From positions 483,497 to 547,496 of the forward strand of contig NIVC01000538.1 of NCBI GenBank assembly GCA_002269645.1: a DNA stretch of 64,000 nt. Reading direction: 5' to 3'. The stretch's first letter is position 1. Each line of letters starts with the position of its first letter. The notes under the pieces were generated by a model, which was not told the DNA's origin, did no database searches, and saw only the letters and a list, made by a program, of their open reading frames with translations. Origin of the DNA: Macrostomum lignano. Lineage: Eukaryota. This document shows positions 14,066-23,381 of the stretch, piece after piece. The position numbers and the translations under genes were made by a program.

Positions 14066-14216
14066 TATACTGCTGTTTTTCTTGGAATTCCGAACCGATT
14101 CTGGTTCTGAAATTGGAAATATGAAAAGACCCAATAAGCCACTGAAGAAACTCCAAATCTTCGAAAACACTAATATATCAAATCAATGGACATGAGAATT
14201 AAAAAGTTCTGAAGTT

Positions 14217-15099
14217 ACTACGTAACGTGCAGTTAAGTGTTGATTTTTAGGCAGATTTGACGCAAAAAACGCAAACTATACTACTATCTGAAAATGAAGT
14301 AAGTAGTATATGAAAACGCTATCCTAAGCGTGATATGCGTATATGTAGTCGTATATGTACATTAATCCATGTACTGCAATAATCCCTATCTATCTCAAAT
14401 TGTACATTGTTACACGTCTATCCCCAATTCTATATGTACGCAGTACATACTTCTACATGTACATTAATCTACATCTACATGTACAGTGTCATACATTAAT
14501 CCCAAGACGGCCCGCGCTCTGCGTATGAATCACCAAGATTACATGTACAACTTGAAACCCTACTACATGTACAGTTGTACAATCTCATCTACTACTGCCA
14601 AATGAGTCAACTAATTGAGTAGCTCACATCGTAATGTATATTTCCAATGTACATTCTCAGAGACAGATTTGAATAATACTGGTCGGAGTCTATATGTACA
14701 TCGACAGCCTCTATACTCATATCTGCTACATACCCAAAAATTAGGTATGTACATTTTCACCCTCGGAGAATGTAGGTTTGAATATGCTGATAATTTATTC
14801 GAAATCACTTATAAAATACACATACTTTCATATAGAGGCGGGCCTGTACAAAACTCTCGCCAAGCGATGGGGTGGAGGTTGCGTCATCCAAGCCTCTCCC
14901 CAAGTCAGACCCCAAATGCAGGACTGTGTTGAAGCAGTGCTTTATATTTCTATTGACAGTGGGTATGATACAAGACGCTTCGTCGCGCTTTAATTACAGT
15001 AAACCATCCCCTCGAAGCTCCTATACTGAATGCTGAATCACCCTTTAACTCGAACCATAGTCAAATTCAACCCTGTTCGAAAACAGCCACCCCTCCGAT
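14217..15099 (+). repeat. Left terminal inverted repeat (883 bp) of the large element
   Basis: Reverse complement of the right arm, with only a handful of substitutions and two 1-bp indels seen. Confidence 0.92.
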
Positions 15100-15717
15100 G
15101 TTCACCAGACTCGTCTTCACAGCGCAGACCCCATAGCAAATCGAGCTAAATTTTAACACTCGCCCCTGTTCTCTCTGTCCCCCTTCTAAATGCCAAGGAA
15201 TTTCGACCCTCTCTCCATTTTCAGTGTACAGACAGATCTTTCCACAGCACAGACCCTATATTAAACTTCATTCAGCAAAACCCCTCTCTTCTCCGATTAC
15301 GTCATCCATGCCACCCCAGATAGCAAGAAACCAACTTTTAATGCACACATCAACCCCGCGAATCTGAGCAAATCCGAGTCCGCCAACCTCTACCTGCATT
15401 GACAAACCCCAGCTGCATTTGTAAATGTACACAGCCTATGAATCAGTGTCTCCACCGCATGCAATTCTGATTTACTTGATTCTAAACTTTGTAAATATTG
15501 CAATAGTATAAGTCACCCTTGCGTTTACTAGAAGTAGTGAAGTCCACAAATTTAAATACGTGAGGCTATTCAATTCTATCGCCTCCCCTGCCTTCTCACT
15601 TCAAGCTTTCAGACATGGTCTTTGAGACGGTTTAATCTGTTAGAAGCAGGAATGAATAATGCACTGACCTCTCCATACAAAGTAAAGTTGGAATTTCAAA
15701 CAAGAAATTTGGTTATT

Positions 15718-16147
15718 TTGAAAGCTAAATGACTAGAAATGCACATTTTTTCATAAGAAAATACAATTTTTCACAGTTTTTATACATTTTTTACGTTAAA
15801 ATGCAGAGTTTATTGATCAAAATCAGTAGTTTCATCACTAGAAACCATACTTTCAACAGCTAATTTGTCCAAATGTCGCTTTCAACTTGACCTTAGACAG
15901 CGTTTAAGCAGGAATGAACCCCACACGAACATCCACAAGCCAGCCCAAAATCATCCAAAGACATGGCTATTGAAGCCTAAATTGCTAGAAATGCGCATTT
16001 TTTCATAAGAAAATACAAATTTTCACAGTTTTTATGCATTTTTACGTTAAAATGCAGACTTTATTGATCAAAATCAGTAGTTTCATCACTAGAAACCATA
16101 CTTTCAACAGCTAATTTGTCCAAATGTCGCTTTCAACTTGACCTTAG
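15718..16147. repeat. Direct duplication of a ~180-bp AT-rich unit (15718-15896 and 15970-16147)
   Basis: Two near-identical copies, both ending caacttgaccttag. Confidence 0.85.
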
Positions 16148-16284
16148 ATGGTACCGATTGTCCTGTTGTCGGCTGACTCGTCCGAGTTGCGCCTGTGTGT
16201 ATTATAAGAGAAACAAAAATTCATATTTATGCATCATCATTATCATCATCATCGTTATCATCATCATCATCACATCACCATCAG

Positions 16285-16324
<40 letters not shown>

Positions 16325-19300
16325 TTCTTCTTCTTCTTCTTCTTCCCTTTTGTCGCCGTGTGTGGCATGGGCAGTCTTCGGGGTCTCTCGTCAGCAGTCC
16401 TTGCAGGTGCGTAGGTGGCGTGCCATGTTCGTCGCGGCGAGCGTGCGCCCACAACCTTCGCATTGTTTAGTTTTCGCTCGGTACTTCCTCTCACCTCCCG
16501 GGGACCGTGTCTCTTCCCGCGTTGTACCGCAGGTTTTGCGGTGTCTCGCTAGGTTTGATTTCGATATTTCTCGAGCACAGTTCGCGCATTTTACGCGGTT
16601 TCCTCCCACTTCTCTCTCTCCTCCGCAGACCTTTACGTGGTTTAACCACGTTGCCTCTTGCCTGAACTGCTTCTCGCATTTTTCGCACTTGAACGTTACT
16701 GGTTCTTCTATCTTGCGGTGCATCCTCTTTTGGTGAATGGTCAGGCCTGCTTTGCTTTTGCACTCCTTTCCGCAGTCTGCGTATTCACATATGAATGTTC
16801 TTGTTTTCTCCTGTTTCTGTTTGTCGTTCCTTTCGATGTTCCTTGCTTCTGCCTTCTTTCCTTGTTGTTGTTCCCATCTCTTGAGGTGGCTTATGCGTTC
16901 TTGAACAATTTTACGCCATTTCTGGCGGTCGGTTGCTAGTCTCTCTGTCCTTTCGGGCTCGATCCCTGCTTGGCGTAGTAGTCGCTTCCAATATTCGATG
17001 GTGTTACCTTTTCTCTTACGTGTTTTGCTATCTTTTCCAGACCCTTGTACCATCCGAGAACCATCTTTTTCGTTAGGCGGTTCGCCTCCATGCGAAGCAC
17101 ATGTCCGATGCGGATCAGGTGGCTCTTCTCAATCTTTGTTTGTATTGTCGTTACTTCTAGTTCATTGCGGATGTCCTGCATATTTATTCCTTTTGCCTCC
17201 ATTTCCCTTAGTGGTTCCATTTTCCTGCTGCTCCATATCTGCCGGTAGATCCGGTCCATGAAGCTTTGTAGTTGCTTCGTTTCTGACTTCAGGAATGGGC
17301 GTATGTTCGCGTGGAATAGCAGGATGCTCTCTATACAGGCTTCAACGACCTTCGCTTGGGTGGTCTTTTTCAACCTGCACTTGATGAAACGTCTACGGAT
17401 CGTCGACCAGCTTCTCGCCGCTTTTTGCAATCTCTGGCTCGTGTCATACTTCGTGTCCGTCCATGATCCTAGCATGCGTACTTTTCCTCCCTCTCTGGTT
17501 CCGAATATCATTTCCTCTTGCTTTTTGTCGTTCGTTTGTTCTTCGAATCCTGTCATTATTTCTTTCGTCGACTCTAGGCCCGCGCTGAGTTCCTTGCGGT
17601 TGCCTAGGATAGTGGTGTCGTCTGCGAATAGAACTGTTCTGATGAGTTCGGTTTTGGTCTCCGAGTTTGGTTGGTTTCTTCGCTGAGGTGGGAGTGAGCT
17701 TCCTGGGAGGTATGTCCATTCGATTCCGCATATTTGCTCTTTCTCCTTTGCTGTTTGTGCTCTTTTCTCCTCAACTTCCCTGATGCATGCTTGGTGAAAG
17801 ATATTAAATAGAACTGGGGATGTCGGGCATCCTTCGCGTAGTCCTCTTTCTGGCAACCACGATTCACTGGACTGTTTCTTTCCTTTCACTTTGTACTCTG
17901 TGTATTCATGAAGGTCCTTCAATTTGTCAATCACTTTTTCCGGCAGGGCGTACTTCTGTAGTATCCCCCAAAGTATCGGCTTGCTGACTCTGGGGTATGC
18001 TTTCCGGAGGTCTAGGAGAAATGCTAGTTGGTCTTCTTCTAGGTTGCAGTCTCCTACGGCGTTTTTCGCCTGGCGGTATTCTGTTATGTCCTCTTGTATA
18101 CGGATGATTATCTGGGTGCTGTCTGCCGTTGATCGGTTGGCTCTAAAGCCATTCTGATTGTCGTCAAGCGCCCCGACTCGTTCTGCCCAGTCCCGTAACC
18201 TTGAGGCGATGATTCTTGCCAATATGCGACTTAGCATCGGCAGGAGGCACACTCCTCGGTAATTGTTAAGGTCGGTCCTGTCCCCTTTCTTAAAGAGTGG
18301 TATGATAAGGCCTACCTTCTCACTGGCTTCCCAGTGCCACGCTCGGTGTTCGTATAGATATCGGATTCTTTCCCGGACAGCTTCTCTAACTTCTTCGGGC
18401 CCTTCCTTAAGGTAGCGCAGGCGTATTTCGTCCTCTCCCGGGCTTTTGTCCTTCATTTCTTTGATTGCTCTTTCGATCTCCGCGTCACTCGGTGTGTCGC
18501 TGAGTTCTCTGTATTCTTCCTTGCTAATGGTTTTACTTCCCGCTGGGGTTTTGATGTTTCTAATGAGCTCTGCGATCTTCTCCGGTTCGTTCTCCATTCT
18601 TGTTTTCTGTATGTTTTCTAGGTGTTCCTTGAATTCCTGTTCGTCGATATTCGTGCCTCTTTCACTATTGTTGAAGGCCGTGCCTCTTTTGTCTAGGAGT
18701 CGGAGTTTGTCGTATACCACCGCTATTTGTCCTTTGTCTGCTGCGTTTCTACATTCGTCGGCCAGTTGATCCCACCACTGTTCTTCCCATTCACGCACCG
18801 TGTTTTTTGGGTTTTTCGTGTTTTTCTCAGCGCCTCTTCTGCTCTCTTCGTCTGCTCGCTTCTCGGGCCGTGGGTTTCCCTGGCCCTGTTCCTCTGTTGG
18901 AGTCTTACAGCCAATTCTTCGTGCAACCTCTTTAGGTCGTTTTCGTGGGATGACATCCACGGATTTGTTTGTCGGTTCGCTGGTCCGCAAATCGACTTTG
19001 CACTCTCCACGATTATTCTTTGCACTTCTGTCCATGGTGGTTGTTCTCTTTCCTCCTTGTTCTCCTTCCACGTTTGCATTCTTCTTTCCAACTCTTTTTT
19101 TAATTTCGTTGCGTTCTCTTCATCATAGAGCTTCTTCCAGTTGATGCCTTGATTACTTCTCCTGTACAGTCTTTTTGCGTTCGGTCTTTTTCCTGTGTCG
19201 GCTACGCTCCTGATTATTAATGTCTTTGGGATGTGGTCGGACAGTGCACAGCCGTTGTGATTTTTAATTGATTTTATGATTTTATTACGGTCCTCTGCTC

Positions 19301-20399
19301 TTGTCGCGAATCCATCAATTTCGTACCATCTTCTGTTACTTGGGTTCTGCCATGTCCCTCGTCGTTTTTGGTGGTAGAACGAGTTTACCCATGCGAGGTC
19401 GTTGGATGTCAACCAGTTCACTAGGTCTTCTCCCTGCTTATTTGTTGTCTCCAAGCCAAATTTCCCTCTGTTTGGTGTTGGTCTTTCTGAGTTTTTGCCA
19501 ATCTGAGCATTGAAATCTCCTCCTATAATCAGTGGTCTTGGTGTCTTATCCGCATGGATGTACCGTTCTATCTCATGTCGGAGTGCAGCCAGCTCTGTTT
19601 CGTATTGTTGACTGCCCCTGACCGGACTATAGATGCTGATGATTGATAACTTGTAGATTTCAAGCATAACCGCTCTCTCGCACCTCGTTACCTTTGCTCC
19701 GCTGTCTCTCCAGATGGTGTACCATTCCCGCTTTCCTGCTGTGAATCAGGTGGACATTCTTTCCTTTTTGGTGGTAGCTTCTTACTCCATCGTCTGGTGC
19801 TCTGAGTTCTGAGATTAGAGTGATTTGCCAGTTCTCTGTCATTATTTTCTTCGTTATTTCTCCGAAGCGTCTGTCCAGGATGTTAGCTCTCTGCACGTTC
19901 CATGTTGTGATTCGAGTCTCCTCTTCCAGTCTCTTCTGTCTGCGGTTCTTCTCGTTTTGCTTCCTTCTTGTCCTTCTTTCTTTCCGTCTTTCATTTCTCC
20001 TCTTCTTCCATTCACTTGTCTTTTTTTGGTTTGCGCTCGTTTTTATTCGTTTTTGTTTGTTTTTTAGGTGCTTCCTGTGCTCTCGGTCCCGGATTCTTTT
20101 CAATAGTTCTTAGTCTTATTCTTATTATTTCTGCAAGGTGTCTCTTCTTCTTCTTGATGTTGGTCCTGCTTGTTCTCTTTCTCTTCTCATCCCCGTCTCG
20201 ACTGTGGTTGGCCTGGTGTTGTGCGGCAGCTAGGTCGGCCATGGCTACCTGCCGTTGCTGAAAAGGGCCGGTTGCACAGTTCCGACTTGCGTCGTGGGCT
20301 GGGCTCCGTGCCGGATTCCCTCTGCGTCTTCTTTGCCAGAATGCGTGACCACATCCTGTCCGCTTGCCACCTCGGGAAGGTGAGACACAATCGGCAAAC

Positions 20400-20433
<34 letters not shown>

Positions 20434-22435
20434 GTCATCATCGTGTGCATAAGACACAATCATAGCTTATAGCTCATAGTTTATATAATCAATCAAACAA
20501 ACAAACAAACAAACAGATACTTACGTAGACAGCGTCGATTCGATGTATTAGAAACGCCGACACCGTCTTTCGATGGTATAGATTGTTGGGCGCTTTCTTT
20601 ACTCCGCTGGCTATTCCATGTAATAGTCTGGCCGCGGTAGTGACGTCGTCTGTTGCGCCAATAAATACACCATTGGGTGGTTCCGATAACCGGAGTGCCC
20701 TAATTACAGTGATGGCACCGAAATCAGACTCATTTTCCAATAGAGTCTTGACTGCGGCTAGGATGCACTGCAATTGGCATGCCTTTACTCCGGCGGTACT
20801 TGCTTGCCAGACACCGCGGGTTTTCATCTCTGTCAAATCTGTGCCAACTTGGTGCGGAGCATTTAACCAAGTCTCCAGACTGACTCCCAGCTTATGTATT
20901 AATTTGGCAAGTGTTCCTCGAACCGCAGTGGTCAGTTGTTTCCGACGATGAACATGCGACTTGTTTTCTTCAATCTTGTTATTGATTTTCCACCAAATAT
21001 CGACAAGTCGCTTAGTCATGTCCTCGGCGATAGACTGTGCTTCACCATAGTCGACCATGGCAAGTGGATCATCAGTCTCGCTCGCACTGCTGTCGGAACC
21101 ACCCGCATTGTCATCCGCTTCGTCCTGGATGTCGGTGTCGGAACCAGCCGCATCAGCGGCTTGGTCGCTGTCAGGTGGCGCTGGTACGACAATGACTCTG
21201 CCTTGCTCGGAATCTGCATTGTCATTGTCCTTAGCACATTGATCGATCGCCTCCAATAAGCTGGCAACAATTTCGTCATCTGTTGTCGCGACGTTACCAA
21301 CCGCGATCTCTTCTCCTACTTCGTGGTGCCGTTGTACCGCGCTGGCCAATCTACCGACATCCGGACGCTTGTTGAACTGACCGATGCTCGTCTCGAGACC
21401 ACGGATCAGCTGTCTGGACGCCAATTCGACGTGACCACGGAGTACACGCGTCACATCGACGATGTCCATGTCGCTGGTCTCCATGTCTGGACGCAGCTGT
21501 TCTGCAAGCATGTCAAGCTGACAAGCTGTTTTCTGCAGATCAGTCAGATAGCCTGTTGGTTGTTTAATCGTGAAATAATACCCATTTTTACTCTATAATT
21601 AGTACACATCAATAAGTATACAATAATATTGTGCGATACTATCTACTGATAGAGAAGAACTGAACGATTAAATATTATTACCTTGAAATTGGCGCGCCTT
21701 TCGTATTATCGCATCGGTGATGCTGTTGCCGACTGAATCACTGTTAGACGATTGATGAACACGGTCGTCGCCAGATGGTCTCTGTTCGAATCGATCCGGT
21801 CCAACTTGGGTGCCATCGTCTGTGATGTACAACTCTTCGACAGATTCGACGACACACGGTCTAACATGATCAGGCGCGGTATTGGTCGACCCGGTTGCGA
21901 ACTTAGCTGCTGATTGGCGTTCGGTGTTCGATGCCGGGGTCACCGTTTGAGCGCGGCGTTCACTGTTGACTGTCTTGGTCGCAGTTTGAAAATTGGAATC
22001 CCTGATTGGTCCAACGTCTACACCGTCGAGTAAACCACTTGTAGACGGACCAGCTGATAAACTGACAACCGGTAGTTCAACAGTCTGTTGAGCAATCACA
22101 TCTGTTGGGCGTGCGTTTGTTGCGTCAGGCTTTCGCTTGCATGATCGTTTTAGATGTCTTTCGATACATCGAACGACCCGATGGCAATGTGGACACATTG
22201 TCATGCCGTATGTGTCACCATCGCGCTGCAGCCTTACCGCCTTCCAAACAGCAATCGCCCTAACAAATATTGGCAACTCGGAAGATGGACGATTCCCTTC
22301 TTCCACTGTAGCCAAGTAGAAATTGCGGACGAATTCTATATGACGTCTTACTAGATGACGCGCCATACTCCGCTGACTAAACAACTGTGCGCAAACAGGA
22401 CACGCCGCGTTGTCGTTACGGTGATTGTCGGCCAT
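16133..22435 (-). CDS. Spliced zinc-finger protein gene carried by the long-TIR element; exons 22435-21682, 21552(or 21525)-20525, 16192-16133; ~610 aa, probably 3'-truncated
   Basis: CPVC..SMARHLVRRH and CPHC..ERHLKRSC motifs. Donor caag|gtaat (phase 1) and acceptor caacag| are in matching phase; donor tac|gtaagt; acceptor cacacag|gcg. The 255-aa and 340-aa ORFs join in frame. Function not recognised. Confidence 0.65.
16231..16345. repeat. (CAT)n then (CTT)n microsatellite: LINE 3' tail plus target tract
   Basis: Seen directly. Confidence 0.9.
16324..20399 (-). mobile_element. Near full-length RTE-like non-LTR retrotransposon (APE + RT + C-terminal zinc fingers), frameshifted
   Basis: APE motifs TWNVQ, GGDFNAQIG, EIDGF, SDH; RT motifs NYRGVCLL, QNGFR, LDLRKAY, GLREGCPTSPVLF, LFADD; (GAA)n tail. 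The ORF is split over frames 20242-20012, 20103-19660, 19667-18723, 19071-16936 and 17053-16391. Confidence 0.9.
20399..20442. repeat. (CAT)n microsatellite at the LINE 5' junction
   Basis: Seen directly. Confidence 0.9.
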
Positions 22436-22690
22436 TATGTAGACTAGTATAATAATATAATATAAATTTCTAAATTTCTAGGCTTATAGCAATTAGGCTA
22501 TGAACAAAGAATATGCAAAAAAGGAAGAAATAATTCCGTATAAGGTTTGTCAATTTAAAATAACAGTCAAAACGTGAGATACAAATTCTTATATCTATGG
22601 CAAATAGGTCTAGCTGAGACCGATTTTGTACAGGCCTTAGTGTCTGATCCATGGCGGAAAGAATAGAATGGAGTGCTAATCTGAGCCAGT

Positions 22691-22915
22691 TATTTTTATC
22701 TCGCTCAATCTTAACTTTTAACATACCTTCCCCCCCGTTCTTTCCTATCGACTCGTGACTGCCATAGACAAAGTATTTTCCGTCTCGTTTTCGTTCCCCT
22801 CTGAAATTTCTATCCCAGCATAGTATGAGCTCGCATCAAAATATGCTTTCAGCCAATAGGAAGGAACGGAGGCGAAAGGGATGTTAAAAGCGAAAATCAA
22901 GCGAGATAAAAAATA
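22691..22915. mobile_element. Foldback/MITE-like palindromic element (~225 bp, ~57-bp imperfect arms)
   Basis: 22691-22748 pairs imperfectly with 22856-22915. Confidence 0.5.
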
Positions 22916-23189
22916 TCTTACCAGTGTTTAACCAATGTTAAAGCATACGAAGTCAAATCGCCAGTGTGTTAAATTATATAGGTCAAAACGCCAGTATTAA
23001 AGCATACGAGGTCAAAACCCCACCACTAAAGCATCGGGGGTTGAAAACATCACTGCTGAAACATTAGTGTTCAAAACAACAGTGTTGTTAAAGTATCTGG
23101 GGTCAAAACATCAATGTGTTAAAACATAGGAGTAAATCAACCAAGTACACCAATCAATTGCGTCAGCCATGTACAATAGCCAAGTGTGC

Positions 23190-23368
23190 TGACCAAATGC
23201 GCCAGCCAAATGCGCCGACCAAATGCGCCGACCAAATGCACCGATTTCTCATTGGCTTGTCTAATATATAGACCAAATGCGCCGACCAAATGCACCGATT
23301 TCTCATTGGCTTGTCTAATATATAGACCAAATGCGCCGACCAAATGCGCCGACCAAATGCGCCGACCC
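23190..23368. repeat. 13-bp (gaccaaatgcgcc) repeats with a 54-bp unit x2, abutting the inner end of the right TIR
   Basis: Visible periodicity. Confidence 0.85.
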
Positions 23369-23381
23369 GATCGGAGGGGTG

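Larger units (their letters stand above)
11125..14132. mobile_element. PIF/Harbinger-like MITE (~260 bp native) interrupted by a 2.7-kb insertion
   Basis: TIRs GGGCCTTTTCATATT (11125) and AATATGAAAAGACCC (14118-14132); 3-bp TSD AAT on both sides; second copy at 1-187. The superfamily is inferred from the 3-bp TSD and GGG/CCC termini. Confidence 0.65.

Noticed and set aside
14611-14993. Duplicated ORFs (MSSSHRN.., MISNKL.., MNMLII..) also at 28033-28457
   Set aside because: They recur only because they lie in the TIRs; they have no domain signal and a 1-bp indel changes the frame between copies.
16116-20472. Numerous + strand ORFs of 60-200 aa over the LINE, and + strand ORFs over the Gypsy (23832-27773)
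   Set aside because: Antisense shadows of retroelement coding sequence or microsatellite translations.
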